A DNA stretch of 64,000 nt from Pseudomonadales bacterium. GTDB taxonomy: Bacteria; Pseudomonadota; Gammaproteobacteria; Pseudomonadales; JAHRWD01. Positions 31,728-41,843 of the stretch are shown here, piece after piece. Numbering within the stretch: the first letter of the stretch is position 1; each line of letters begins with the position of its first letter. The position numbers and the translations under genes were made by a program. The stretch spans positions 4,254 through 68,253 of the forward strand of contig JAESUM010000063.1 of the NCBI GenBank assembly GCA_016763075.1, given 5' to 3'. Below the pieces are notes generated by a model, which was not told the DNA's origin, made no database searches, and was given only the letters and a program-made list of their open reading frames with translations.

Positions 31728-32648
31728 TTAAATCTTAACAGCGACTGCACCTTCAGCGATTGCCGCATCGTGTGCTGCTTTTTCTTCGAACATGCTCGGG
31801 ATCAGTTTATCAAGCTCTGAAAGCTTCCAAACGTGGTCGGTTTCATACAGTTTGAAGAGTTGGTTCTGAGAAATAACGCCAACAGAACCACGGCCACCAT
31901 GAATCACTTGACCAGTAACGCTTGCGCCACTTGCAGAAGCCAACCATGTCACGATAGGTGCAATGGAGTGTCCGCCTGTCATTGGATCATCTAGATCCAC
32001 TTCTTCTTCTTTTCCGCCTTCAGCAGCCGCAACCAAATCAGCTGTCATACGGGTCGTCGCAATAGGTGAGAACGCGTTTACAGTGGTGCCGTACTTTTTA
32101 AGTTCGATCGCTAATGTACGAGTAAAGCCGGCAATACCTGCCTTAGCCGATGAATAGTTGGTTTGACCAAAGTTGCCCATCAAGCCTGAAATCGAGCTGA
32201 AGTTGATGATGCGGCAATCAGGACGATTGGTTTCGCGGATATAACGCGCGAAAGGTTGGCTTACGCAGAAGTGACCTTTCAAGTGAACCGCAATAACTAA
32301 GTCCCATTCTTGTTCGGTCATTTTGAAAATAGTTTTATCACGCAGGATACCGGCGTTGTTGATCAAAATATCCATTGCGCCAAAAGCATCCATAGCGGTT
32401 TTGAAAATGCCCAATCCGCCTTCCATAGTCGCTACAGAATCATAGTTTGCTGCGGCTTCGCCACCAGCTGCTTTGATTTCTGCTACCACTTCATCAGCAA
32501 CACGACTCTCACCACTACCGTCTCGTGTACCGCCCAAATCATTCACAACTACTTTGGCGCCTTCGCTAGCCAAATGTAGAGCCAATTGTCTGCCAATTCC
32601 GTTTCCGCCACCGGTTACAACGGCAACCTTACCTGTTAATACGCCCAT
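31728..32648 (-). CDS. Short-chain dehydrogenase/reductase (MFE-2-like hydroxyacyl-CoA dehydrogenase type)
   Basis: 306 aa with TGGGNGIG, NNAG, and the catalytic YSSAKAG (YxxxK). Confidence 0.8.
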   Translation of the reverse strand: MGVLTGKVAVVTGGGNGIGRQLALHLASEGAKVVVNDLGGTRDGSGESRVADEVVAEIKAAGGEAAANYDSVATMEGGLGIFKTAMDAFGAMDILINNAGILRDKTIFKMTEQEWDLVIAVHLKGHFCVSQPFARYIRETNRPDCRIINFSSISGLMGNFGQTNYSSAKAGIAGFTRTLAIELKKYGTTVNAFSPIATTRMTADLVAAAEGGKEEEVDLDDPMTGGHSIAPIVTWLASASGASVTGQVIHGGRGSVGVISQNQLFKLYETDHVWKLSELDKLIPSMFEEKAAHDAAIAEGAVAVKI

Positions 32649-32958
32649 TTGATGAACTCCTTAGTTGATACTCGAGGTAATGGATACTTCGAGATAGATA
32701 CTGAATTTTATTGTTTAAAGCCGGCACATTATAAGCCAACGGGTTTCATTTTTCTTTGCATTAAATGATCCAGCGCTTTATTTGATTTGTATTTCCTCTA
32801 CGATGCCGATACCCTTTTTCAGTTCACTGTTCAAGCCGATATCGTATATATCGACAGGCCTTAGTGCCTGATTGCAAAATCATCTAATAAAAACATGAGA
32901 CCGTTGCGCGAAATCAACATGGCTTTCGTATACCAGCGTCTCTAACAAGGAGAGCTCC

Positions 32959-34098
32959 ATGGGACCATTAACGGGTGTAAAAATTATCGAAATCGCAGGC
33001 ATTGGACCAGGTCCATTTGCCGGCATGATGCTGTCCGACATGGGCGCAGAGGTGATTCGGGTAGACCGAAAAGCGGCACTGGATGGCCCAGCGCCAACCG
33101 ATGTATTGGCTCGAAACCGTAAATCGATCGCGGTAAACCTAAAGTCACCTGAAGGCATTGAAGCCGTACTCAAACTTTGCGAAGGCGCAGATGCTATTTT
33201 CGAAGGCTTTCGCCCGGGTGTTACCGAACGCCTCGGGATTGGCCCTGATGCCTGCTTAGCTCGCAACCCAAAACTGGTCTATGGCCGCATGACAGGCTGG
33301 GGCCAGGATGGCCCAATGGCTCAAGCCGCTGGCCACGATATCAACTACATTTCGTTATCTGGCGCACTACACGCCATTGGCCGCAAGGGCGAAAAACCCG
33401 TTCCACCGCTTAACTTAGTCGGTGATTTCGGCGGCGGCGGCATGATGCTGGCCTTCGGTATGGTTTGCGCATTGTTAGAAGCCAAAACTTCTGGCAAAGG
33501 CCAAGTAGTCGATACTTCGATGGTTGAAGGTTCTGCGGCATTGATGGGCATGATGTATTCGATGCTACCCTCTGGTATGTTCAGCGATCAACGTGGCACT
33601 AACATGCTGGATGGCGCACCTCACTTTTACGATACCTATGAAACCTCCGATGGCGGTTTTATCTCGCTTGGGTCGATTGAGCCACAGTTTTACGCGCTAT
33701 TGATTGAGAAGGCTGATCTTGACCCTGCAACTTTTGCTGCTCAACACGACAAAAGCAAATGGCCTGAACTGAAAGATAAAATCACCGAGGTGTTTAAAAC
33801 CAAAACTCGTGACCAGTGGTGTGAAATCATGGAAGGCACCGATGTATGCTTTGCGCCGGTTATTTCACTGATCGAAGCGCCGAACCATCCGCACAACAAA
33901 TTCCGTAACTCATACACCGAGATTAACGGCGTTGTTCAGCCCAACCCAGCTCCAAAATTCAGCCGCACCAAACCTGAAATACGCAACGCTGCCCGTCGCC
34001 CAGGCGAAGATACGGATCAAGTTCTGGCGGATTGGGGCTTTTCCGCAGAAGAGGTCGCATCACTCAAAGCAGCAGGAGCACTACCCGGAGTAGAATAG
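32959..34098 (+). CDS. Family III CoA-transferase (CaiB/BaiF; alpha-methylacyl-CoA racemase-like)
   Basis: 379 aa. The N-terminus [37 protein letters not shown] is characteristic of the family. Confidence 0.82.
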   Translation: MGPLTGVKIIEIAGIGPGPFAGMMLSDMGAEVIRVDRKAALDGPAPTDVLARNRKSIAVNLKSPEGIEAVLKLCEGADAIFEGFRPGVTERLGIGPDACLARNPKLVYGRMTGWGQDGPMAQAAGHDINYISLSGALHAIGRKGEKPVPPLNLVGDFGGGGMMLAFGMVCALLEAKTSGKGQVVDTSMVEGSAALMGMMYSMLPSGMFSDQRGTNMLDGAPHFYDTYETSDGGFISLGSIEPQFYALLIEKADLDPATFAAQHDKSKWPELKDKITEVFKTKTRDQWCEIMEGTDVCFAPVISLIEAPNHPHNKFRNSYTEINGVVQPNPAPKFSRTKPEIRNAARRPGEDTDQVLADWGFSAEEVASLKAAGALPGVE

Positions 34099-34147
34099 CA
34101 CCGCGCGTTTTCTATTTAAGTTCCGCTAAAGTTCTACTTAAGCGAAC

Positions 34148-34177
34148 AAAAAACCCCGCTGATTAGCGGGGTTTTTT
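34148..34177. terminator. Bidirectional rho-independent terminator
   Basis: aaaaaaccccgct-gatt-agcggggtttttt. Confidence 0.75.
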
Positions 34178-34204
34178 GTTACAATGGCGTAATGTTGTTT
34201 CGCG

Positions 34205-34498
34205 TTACACCACGTCGAAGATGTCTTCCATATTTTGCGCCAGCATGAAATCACGCTCGGTCACGCCATCGGCCTCATGGGTCACCAAATCGACACTCAC
34301 TTTGTTGTACTGGTTACTCCACTCTGGGTGATGGTTGTGGCGCTCTGATAACAACGCAACCTGCGTCATAAAACCAAAGGCTTCAACAAAATCCAAAAAT
34401 GAATATTCACGGTGTAATTTGCCGTTTTTCAAAATCCAGTTGGACTGCTCTGACAAAAACGACTGTAACTGTTGCTCAGTGGCGATAACGATCGACAT
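34205..34498 (-). CDS. phhB: Pterin-4-alpha-carbinolamine dehydratase
   Basis: The ORF extends to 34537, but the likely start is the ATG at 34498 (MSIVIATEQQ). It has the HHPEW motif and the typical ~97 aa size. Confidence 0.8.
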   Translation of the reverse strand: MSIVIATEQQLQSFLSEQSNWILKNGKLHREYSFLDFVEAFGFMTQVALLSERHNHHPEWSNQYNKVSVDLVTHEADGVTERDFMLAQNMEDIFDVV

Positions 34499-34666
34499 TC
34501 TAGCTCCGTCTGTTTGATAAAATCCAACAAAAGCCATTTCAACGGCTCCGCTAACGTACTTTAGTTCAGGCCTCGCGGCTCATGCTGTACAATAGCCCGC
34601 GTATCGTTTGCGCCCACCAAGGCCAAACAACAAACTCTAAATAAAGAATCTAATAAGGTAATCACT

Positions 34667-36355
34667 ATGCCCCTATCGATAGAAGAAGCCAATAAGCGGC
34701 TATTAGCCGCGCCGGGTGGGATGTTTGAAATGGAAGACGTCACTGTAAAAGGCGTTGACCTCAAAGCATGGAAAATGGCACCTAAAAACCTACGCCAGGT
34801 ATTCGAAAACACCCGTAACTTCTTCGATCGTGATTACATTGTTTACGAAGGTGAGCGAGTCACCTACGAACAAAATTATCATGCAGTGGCCAAATTGGCC
34901 AACGTATTGCAGCAAAAATACGACATTCAAAAAGGCGACCGTGTTGCCCTAGCCATGCGTAACTACCCCGAATGGCCGGTAGTTTTCTGGGCTGTAACCA
35001 GCATTGGCGCGGTCATTGTTCCGTTAAATGCTTGGTGGAAAGGTACTGAGCTGGCTTACGGCCTAGCGGATTCACAAGCAAAATTACTGTTTGGCGATAA
35101 GCAACGTATCGATATGGCGCAAGCCCATATGGCTGAATTACCACACCTAAAAAAGATGGTGTTGATCCGCGAAGGCGACTTACCCGAAGGCGTTGCACGC
35201 TATGAAGAGATATTGGGCACGCCTTCAGCCGACGACCAAATCCCTAATGTCGAAGTTGCTCCTGACGATGACTGCACCATTTTTTATACCTCCGGTACGA
35301 CTGGCAACCCTAAAGGCGCACTCGGCTCCCACCGCAACCTTTGCTCCAACCTGATCAGCGGTGCGTTTGTACGAATGCGTACAGAAATCCGTTACGGCCG
35401 CGCCATTGTTCCTGCCACGGAGCAATCGGGTCACCTGTTATCGGTACCACTGTTCCACGCAACTGGCTGCCACGCTATGTTGTGCGGCAATACCTTCGCC
35501 GGCAACAAAATTGTATTGATGTACAAATGGGACCCAGAAGATGCCATCAAACTGATCGAAACCGAGAAACTCGCCTCCTTTGGTGGCGTACCTTCAATGG
35601 TTTGGCAAGTTCTGGAATCACCTGGTTTTGAAAAAGCAGACCTTTCTTGCGTTGAAAGCATTGGTTACGGCGGCGCCCCTTCTTCGCCTGAACTGGTTCG
35701 TCGTATTCAAGAGTCATTCCCGCAGGTTAAACCCAGTAACGGTTATGGCTTAACCGAAACCTCTGCGCTGACCACCTCTTGCTCAGCGGAAGATTACGAA
35801 ACCAAGCCTAGCAGTGCCGGTGTACAAGCCCCTGTTTGCGAACTTAAAATTGTCGATGAAAGCGGCGCTGCCGTGCCAACCGAAGGCCTTGGCGAAATTT
35901 GGATTAAAGGCCCGCAAGTGATTTCAGAATACTGGAACAAACCAGAAGCCAATGAAAAGAGCTTCACTGATGGCTGGTTACACACGGGCGATATCGGCCG
36001 TATGGATGAAGATGGCTTTTTATACATTGCTGATCGCGCCAAAGATATGCTGATCCGTGGTGGCGAAAACGTCTACTGCGTTGAAGTTGAAAGCGCGCTC
36101 TATAGCCATGCCGACGTAATGGACGCTGCGGTTGTTGGCATTCCTCACCGCGTACTTGGTGAAGAAGTCGGCGCATTGGTTCAAATTCGCCCAGGCGGAT
36201 CGGTCAGTGAGCAAGAGCTTAAAGACCACGTTAAAGCTCAACTTGCAGGCTTTAAAGTACCGGTTCGTATCGACCAATTGGACGAGCCTTTGCCGCGTAA
36301 CGCTAATGGCAAAATCATGAAGCCAGACGTTAAGAAAATCATGGATATCTCTTAA
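34667..36355 (+). CDS. AMP-dependent acyl-CoA synthetase/ligase
   Basis: 562 aa with the AMP-binding signature IFYTSGTTGNPKG, plus GYGLTE and a C-terminal PRNANGKI. Confidence 0.88.
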   Translation: MPLSIEEANKRLLAAPGGMFEMEDVTVKGVDLKAWKMAPKNLRQVFENTRNFFDRDYIVYEGERVTYEQNYHAVAKLANVLQQKYDIQKGDRVALAMRNYPEWPVVFWAVTSIGAVIVPLNAWWKGTELAYGLADSQAKLLFGDKQRIDMAQAHMAELPHLKKMVLIREGDLPEGVARYEEILGTPSADDQIPNVEVAPDDDCTIFYTSGTTGNPKGALGSHRNLCSNLISGAFVRMRTEIRYGRAIVPATEQSGHLLSVPLFHATGCHAMLCGNTFAGNKIVLMYKWDPEDAIKLIETEKLASFGGVPSMVWQVLESPGFEKADLSCVESIGYGGAPSSPELVRRIQESFPQVKPSNGYGLTETSALTTSCSAEDYETKPSSAGVQAPVCELKIVDESGAAVPTEGLGEIWIKGPQVISEYWNKPEANEKSFTDGWLHTGDIGRMDEDGFLYIADRAKDMLIRGGENVYCVEVESALYSHADVMDAAVVGIPHRVLGEEVGALVQIRPGGSVSEQELKDHVKAQLAGFKVPVRIDQLDEPLPRNANGKIMKPDVKKIMDIS

Positions 36356-36369
36356 CGCTTCACAGCTTT

Positions 36370-36407
36370 AAAACCGCCCCAGGGTCTTACCCTCGGGCGG
36401 TTTTTTT
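36370..36407. terminator. Rho-independent terminator
   Basis: aaaaccgcccc-agggtcttaccct-cgggcggttttttt. Confidence 0.7.
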
Positions 36408-36560
36408 GTGCCTGATGATGCTGAGTCTCCGCACTATTACCGCTGTTCATTTACACCGTTCGCCGCCCTTCATTCCTGCCCCATAGATATGCCATACTGG
36501 CGCGTTGCTCTTATTGCTTGAGCATTCTCGCGCACCCTAAATGTAGATTCGGACACCTGT

Positions 36561-37844
36561 ATGACCGCACAAGATTCTAACCACGCTTCACCGCCAGAAA
36601 ACACCCAAAAATTCGCAGGCTGGAGGATGACAGGCATCGCCTTTTTCCTCGACTTTATCCAGGTTGGTTTTTTCTTTTATTCCTTTGGCATTTTCTTCCT
36701 CGCTTTAACCGAAGAGTTTGGTGCAACGCGTTTGGGCGTATCACTGGCTTTTATGATCAGTAGTATTGTCGGCGCTATCTTCGGGCCGTTTATTGGCCAA
36801 TTGCTCGATAAACAAAGCTCGATCAAACCCACCATGATTGCCGGCGCACTGATGCTTGCAACGGGTTATGGCCTGCTGAGCCAAATCACCGCCATGTGGC
36901 AGTTCTACTTTATTGCTGGCACCTTACTTGCGTTGGGCGGCTCTACCATGGGTGGTCAATCCTCCAGCAAATTGGTAGCCAACTGGTTTGTAAAAAAACG
37001 TGGTGTGGCGCTTGGTGTAGCCACCATGGGGATTTCTGGTTCCGGAGTACTCATGCCCGCCCTATCCTCTTTTATGATTGACGAATACGGCTGGCGTAAC
37101 AGTTACTTGCTCTTCGCGATCAGCATTATCATTTTGGTTATTCCCGTCATTTTGATATGGGTCGTCACCAAACCTGAAGATATCGGCCAATTACCCGATG
37201 GCGAGATTATCGCCCCCAATGCACCGGTTGCTGCAGTGGTTCCACAAACACAATGGACCACTTCGGCCATTCTAAAGTCCACCAATTTTTGGCTCATCGC
37301 CCTCACATTTTCTATTCTAATTGGCGTATTCCAAGCGATTTTGCTGCACATGGTGCCGCAATTTATGGACATGGGTTTTGACATAGAAGAAGCCGCATTT
37401 GCCTTGTCTGTAGCTGCAACGCTTGGCGTGCTTGGCAAAGTTGTATTTGGCTGGCTGATCGATAATTTCCATCCGCGTCTGGCGGTATGGGTCTGTATTG
37501 CAACCCAAGCAGCCGGCGCGCTGGGTATTTTGCTGTTTGATGATTACACGTTGCTACTTTCCGCATCCGCTCTTTATGGCTTTGGTATGGGCGGAGTAGT
37601 GCCACTCAACGGTGCCATATCTGGCGCAGTATTTGGCAGGCTTTCATTCGGTAGAGTAATGGGATTAATGCGCCCTGCCACGCTGCCTATCCAAGGTGCA
37701 ACCACACCTTTAGCTGGCTGGATTTACGATCAAACCGGTAGTTATTTATACGCCTTCGAAATATTCTTTGGCGCATGGCTGGTGGCTGCCATCGCAATTT
37801 CCCTCGTGAAGCTTCCAAATTCCGAGCAAGCCAGCAACAGCTAG
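36561..37844 (+). CDS. MFS transporter
   Basis: 427 aa with about 12 hydrophobic helices and a central loop. Confidence 0.75.
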   Translation: MTAQDSNHASPPENTQKFAGWRMTGIAFFLDFIQVGFFFYSFGIFFLALTEEFGATRLGVSLAFMISSIVGAIFGPFIGQLLDKQSSIKPTMIAGALMLATGYGLLSQITAMWQFYFIAGTLLALGGSTMGGQSSSKLVANWFVKKRGVALGVATMGISGSGVLMPALSSFMIDEYGWRNSYLLFAISIIILVIPVILIWVVTKPEDIGQLPDGEIIAPNAPVAAVVPQTQWTTSAILKSTNFWLIALTFSILIGVFQAILLHMVPQFMDMGFDIEEAAFALSVAATLGVLGKVVFGWLIDNFHPRLAVWVCIATQAAGALGILLFDDYTLLLSASALYGFGMGGVVPLNGAISGAVFGRLSFGRVMGLMRPATLPIQGATTPLAGWIYDQTGSYLYAFEIFFGAWLVAAIAISLVKLPNSEQASNS

Positions 37845-38003
37845 CTCGGAATTTGGTTGGTATTTCGCCCATCTGTTCACAATACGGCCAAATGGGCGGA
37901 GTTTATAGTTTCTTTCTGTCATGACCCGGCACCGATTTCTAATCTCGGTGCTACAATTAACGACTGGATGAAACACCACTTATAAACTCTATGGAGCCTT
38001 TAC

Positions 38004-38750
38004 ATGAACTCAAAATTATTAGCTGCTGGATTAACCGGCCTGTTAGCCTGCACCCCCGTGTCCGCCGACATGTTATTTGGAGTTTATGCCAAAGCAGGTG
38101 GCTGGAGCCAAGCACCATCGGGCGGGTTTGGCGACAATGCCAACCAATTCAACCTAGAAACTGACCTAGGCATGGACACCGAAACAGGCACCATGGTGTC
38201 TATCGCGGTTGAGCACTTCATACCGTTAATTCCAAACATCAAAATTGAGCGCACAGAACTGAGCTTCAGCAGTGCTGGAACCCTCACACAGGGCCTGACC
38301 TTTGGCGGCGTTACCTTTGCCAACGGCGCAGCCGTAACCAGTGAAATTGATTTGTCCCATACTGATTTCATTTTGTATTATGAAATACTCGATAACTGGG
38401 TATCTCTAGATGTCGGCGTAAACGTAAAAATGTTTGATGGCGAGCTAGCCGTCACCACCGGTGGCAATACCGGCCGAACTGACTTGTCAGTTCCGGTTCC
38501 TATGCTGTACGGAAAAGCTCAATTTGAGCTGCCTTTTACTGGCCTCAGCGCGGGTGCAGAAGGAAGTTATATCGGCTTTGATGGCGATGCATTCACAGAT
38601 TTACGAGGTTATATCGGTTACGAATTCATGTTCGGGCTTGGTGTAGAAGTAGGTGTTCGTAGCATCGTCATAGAATTTGACGACCTTGATGACGCCGCTA
38701 TTGATACTACATTTGAAGGCGCGTACATCAGCGCAACCTTTCATATATAG
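38004..38750 (+). CDS. Putative outer-membrane beta-barrel protein
   Basis: 248 aa with a signal peptide (LLAAGLTGLLACTPVSA). Alternating hydrophobic beta-strand patterning runs throughout, and the C-terminus is aromatic-rich (YISATFHI). Confidence 0.6.
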   Translation: MNSKLLAAGLTGLLACTPVSADMLFGVYAKAGGWSQAPSGGFGDNANQFNLETDLGMDTETGTMVSIAVEHFIPLIPNIKIERTELSFSSAGTLTQGLTFGGVTFANGAAVTSEIDLSHTDFILYYEILDNWVSLDVGVNVKMFDGELAVTTGGNTGRTDLSVPVPMLYGKAQFELPFTGLSAGAEGSYIGFDGDAFTDLRGYIGYEFMFGLGVEVGVRSIVIEFDDLDDAAIDTTFEGAYISATFHI

Positions 38751-38810
38751 GCCGTACATAAGCCGTATACAGGCTCTTATCGCACTGCGAAGCGGTGCTG
38801 TAAACGCAAA

Positions 38811-38841
38811 GCGGATCACTCAAAAGGTGATCCGCTTTTTT
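38811..38841. terminator. Rho-independent terminator
   Basis: gcggatcac-tcaaaag-gtgatccgctttttt. Confidence 0.75.
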
Positions 38842-38911
38842 GTGCTCGAACAACTGCATACCTATTCCTACACCCATATCTAACAACAGGCTTTTGGCTT
38901 GTAAGCGAGCC

Positions 38912-39211
38912 TTACCTAGGGATGTTCGAAAGGTTTTTCTTGGGCTCTTTGGCCGCGCGAAACAGCAATGCAACCTTCCCAACGCGTTGAATACACTCGC
39001 ATTTACAATCTGTAGTAATGCTCTCTAACAGTGCTTTCAGCTTATCCCGACCCGTGCTAATACGTACTTTGATCAATTCATGATCTTCCAGTGCTCGCTG
39101 CAATTCAGCCATAACAGGCTCAGATAACCCGTCCTCAGCAATGGTTACGACTGGCTTTAAACCGTGCCCAATAGTACGGAATTGTTTCTTTTGTGCTTGG
39201 GATAATTGCAT
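38912..39211 (-). CDS. yhbY: YhbY-like CRM-domain RNA-binding protein
   Basis: 99 aa with LSQAQKKQFRTIGHGLKPVVTIAEDGLSEPVMAEL..ALEDHELIKVRI. Confidence 0.8.
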   Translation of the reverse strand: MQLSQAQKKQFRTIGHGLKPVVTIAEDGLSEPVMAELQRALEDHELIKVRISTGRDKLKALLESITTDCKCECIQRVGKVALLFRAAKEPKKNLSNIPR

Positions 39212-39251
39212 TTGTTTCCTATATGAATGAGTGAAGCTAAAGGTTAAAAAT

Positions 39252-40151
39252 CTAAATAAAGCTCAGGGCGATGCCGGCAAAAATAGCGGCTCCGGCCCAG
39301 TTATTGTTTAAAAAAGCTTTGAAGCAGGCATCGGGCTCGCGCTTACGAATAATATATTGCTGGTACCCAAACAGCCCTGCGGCTATTAGTAAACCAACAT
39401 AATAGCTGGCCCCCAGCGGTGCGTGCTGCACCAGTAACCACAAAATAAACAGGGTAAAACCCTGCAGCATCCCCACCATCATTTTGTCCGCTTCTGCGAA
39501 CAGTATAGCGGTGGATTTGACCCCTATTTTGATATCGTCGTCTCTATCAACCATGGCGTACAGCGTGTCATAGGCGATAGTCCAAACGATATTTGCGCTG
39601 AACAAGAGCCATGCAATGCGTGGTATTTCACCGGTTTGTGCGGCAAATGCCATGGGTATGCCCCAGCCAAAAGCAGCTCCCAAAACAGCCTGAGGGAAGT
39701 AGGTATAGCGCTTCATAAATGGATAACTGGCGGCCAGCAGCAACGCAACGCCAGACAAATAAACCGTGAAACTGTTGGTTTGCAACACCAAACCAAAGGC
39801 AATTATGCTTAATACCGCGAATGTAATCAGTGCTTCGCGAGGCGAGACTTTTCCCATTGGGATTGGCCGGCCTGCGGTACGTTTGACATGGCCGTCTATT
39901 TTTCGGTCTGCGAAATCATTAATCACACAACCCGCAGAGCGCATTAATACAATTCCGAGCGTAAAAATCACCAGATTACGCCACGATGGCATGCCTTGCG
40001 CAGCTAACCAAAGCGCCCACCAGGTTGGCCAAAGCAACAGCAATATTCCTACGGGCCGGTTGAGCCTTGTTAGCTCGATAAAATCTGGTGTGCGGCGGCG
40101 TACCGTTGAAATGCCTTGCGATAGTAACCCGTAGGCTTGCTCAAGCTTCAC
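39252..40151 (-). CDS. ubiA: 4-hydroxybenzoate polyprenyltransferase
   Basis: 299 aa with [32 protein letters not shown] and [11 protein letters not shown]. It aligns closely along its length with E. coli UbiA as I recall it. The GTG start overlaps the znuB stop (GTGA). Confidence 0.92.
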   Translation of the reverse strand: MKLEQAYGLLSQGISTVRRRTPDFIELTRLNRPVGILLLLWPTWWALWLAAQGMPSWRNLVIFTLGIVLMRSAGCVINDFADRKIDGHVKRTAGRPIPMGKVSPREALITFAVLSIIAFGLVLQTNSFTVYLSGVALLLAASYPFMKRYTYFPQAVLGAAFGWGIPMAFAAQTGEIPRIAWLLFSANIVWTIAYDTLYAMVDRDDDIKIGVKSTAILFAEADKMMVGMLQGFTLFILWLLVQHAPLGASYYVGLLIAAGLFGYQQYIIRKREPDACFKAFLNNNWAGAAIFAGIALSFI

Positions 40152-40945
40152 CGTTGATGACCGTGCCGGCGGTAGGTTACCGCAAAAACTAAAATAAACA
40201 GCAGTGTCGCGGCCAGTACGATGCTTGGCCCAGTAGGAGTATCAAACTGATATGAGCCGGACAGCCCTCCAATCACCGATAAGCTGCCAATAGCACTGGC
40301 GATAATCGCCATTTGTTCCGGTGTTTTAGCAAGATAACGCGCGGTAGCAGCTGGAATAATAAGCAGCGAGGTGATCAATAATATGCCTACAATTTTCATT
40401 GAAATAGCGATAACTAGCGCGATCATCAGCATTAACGTGAGTTTGACCGGCCGCACCGCAATGCCTTCAACTTCAGCCAGTTCTTCGTGTAGCGTGATGG
40501 ATAACAGCGGCTTCCAGAGTACGCGTAACATCAATAAAATGATGGGCCCGCCGATCAATATCCAGTACAAATCTGCTTCGCTTACCGCTAGTAAGTCGCC
40601 AAAAAGCAAACCCATAAGGTCTATACGCACTTCAAGTAGTGCTACCAATACCAACCCAGCAGATAAACTACCGTGCGCCAAAATACCCAGTAGGGTGTCG
40701 GTCGCTATGGCTTGGTTATGCTCTAAAGCCACTAAAATAACGGCAATTGCGAGGCAAACCACCACCACTGCGATATTGAGATTAAGCTCCAACATAAAGC
40801 CCAGTGCAATTCCCAGCAGCGCAGAATGCGCGAGGGTATCGCCAAAATAGGACATTCGTCGCCATACAACGAAGGCTCCAAGGGGGCCACAAACCAGCGC
40901 AATTCCCACACCGGCAATCAGTGCGTATAACAAAAACTCACTCAT
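40148..40945 (-). CDS. znuB: Zinc ABC transporter permease
   Basis: 265 aa polytopic ABC-3 family permease. An ATGA overlap joins it to znuC. Confidence 0.85.
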   Translation of the reverse strand: MSEFLLYALIAGVGIALVCGPLGAFVVWRRMSYFGDTLAHSALLGIALGFMLELNLNIAVVVVCLAIAVILVALEHNQAIATDTLLGILAHGSLSAGLVLVALLEVRIDLMGLLFGDLLAVSEADLYWILIGGPIILLMLRVLWKPLLSITLHEELAEVEGIAVRPVKLTLMLMIALVIAISMKIVGILLITSLLIIPAATARYLAKTPEQMAIIASAIGSLSVIGGLSGSYQFDTPTGPSIVLAATLLFILVFAVTYRRHGHQR

Positions 40946-41724
40946 GAGCGCGCCGATCCGCTGGAACTTGAAACCCCAGGGGGCAGTGTGATTTTACCGT
41001 CGAGATGATGATGATGATCGTGCTGATGGCTATAAAGGGCGATATCTTCTTGGTAACCCTCGCCAAACAGCGCTGTGAATGCTGGATCGTGACTGACTTT
41101 TTGAGGTGAGCCTTGGCAACAAATATGCTGATTCAGGCAGATCACGTGATCGGTTTTTGCCATCACCAAATGCAAGTCATGACTGACCATCAATACTGTG
41201 CAGCCGTACTGTTCTTTTATGTATGTGATGAGTTGATACAGCTCGAGCTGGCCTGAAACATCGACCCCTTGAACCGGCTCATCCAACACCAGTAATTGCG
41301 GCCTGCGTAAAATAGCTCTGGAGAGCAGTACGCGCTGGAATTCGCCGCCAGATACATATTGAATGGGGCTATGACGTAAGTGTAATATTCCGGTGTCGTT
41401 CAACACTCGGTCAATTTCATTGCGCTTAGTGCCCTGAGCCATCAACAAAAAACGCTCTACTGTTAGCGGCAGTGTTTGTTCAATATGCAATTTTTGCGGC
41501 ATGTAGCCCACGCGTGGTTTTTCACGCCAGCAGATTTCGCCTGAGCTGGGTTTCATCAGGCCTAAAATCAAACGGATCAGGGTGGTTTTCCCCGAGCCGT
41601 TGGGGCCAATCAAGGTAGTGATTTCGTGCTCATGCAGCTCTAGGCTTACGCCTTCTAGAATGGCTCGCCCTTGGCGAACAACCGAAACATCGTAGAGATT
41701 TAAAATTGAAATATGATCAGGCAT
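40942..41724 (-). CDS. znuC: Zinc ABC transporter ATP-binding protein
   Basis: The ORF extends to 41772, but the likely start is the ATG at 41724 (MPDHISILNLYDV). It has Walker A (GPNGSGKTT), the signature LSGGEFQR, Walker B (LLVLDEP) and a His-rich tail (HQHDHHHHLDG). Confidence 0.88.
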   Translation of the reverse strand: MPDHISILNLYDVSVVRQGRAILEGVSLELHEHEITTLIGPNGSGKTTLIRLILGLMKPSSGEICWREKPRVGYMPQKLHIEQTLPLTVERFLLMAQGTKRNEIDRVLNDTGILHLRHSPIQYVSGGEFQRVLLSRAILRRPQLLVLDEPVQGVDVSGQLELYQLITYIKEQYGCTVLMVSHDLHLVMAKTDHVICLNQHICCQGSPQKVSHDPAFTALFGEGYQEDIALYSHQHDHHHHLDGKITLPPGVSSSSGSARS

Positions 41725-41802
41725 CGACTCAATGAAACGTCCATAGGGCACATATAAATACACCCGCAACACAGAGCATTATGGCCCCGATAGCGCGTAG
41801 CG

Positions 41803-41815
41803 AGGTATTATACCT
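41803..41815. promoter_or_regulatory. Candidate Zur-type operator in the znuA / znuCB divergent promoter region
   Basis: aggtat-t-atacct is a perfect 13-nt AT-rich palindrome, and I saw no other strong dyad between the divergent starts. It resembles the TATAnTATA core of Zur boxes only loosely. Confidence 0.3.
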
Positions 41816-41843
41816 GTTTGATCCAGATGAGTAGCGTAAGAAC

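Noticed and set aside
32880-33266. 128-aa minus-strand ORF overlapping the start of the CoA-transferase gene.
   Set aside because: It lies opposite the highly characteristic family III CoA-transferase N-terminus, and the product is low in complexity.
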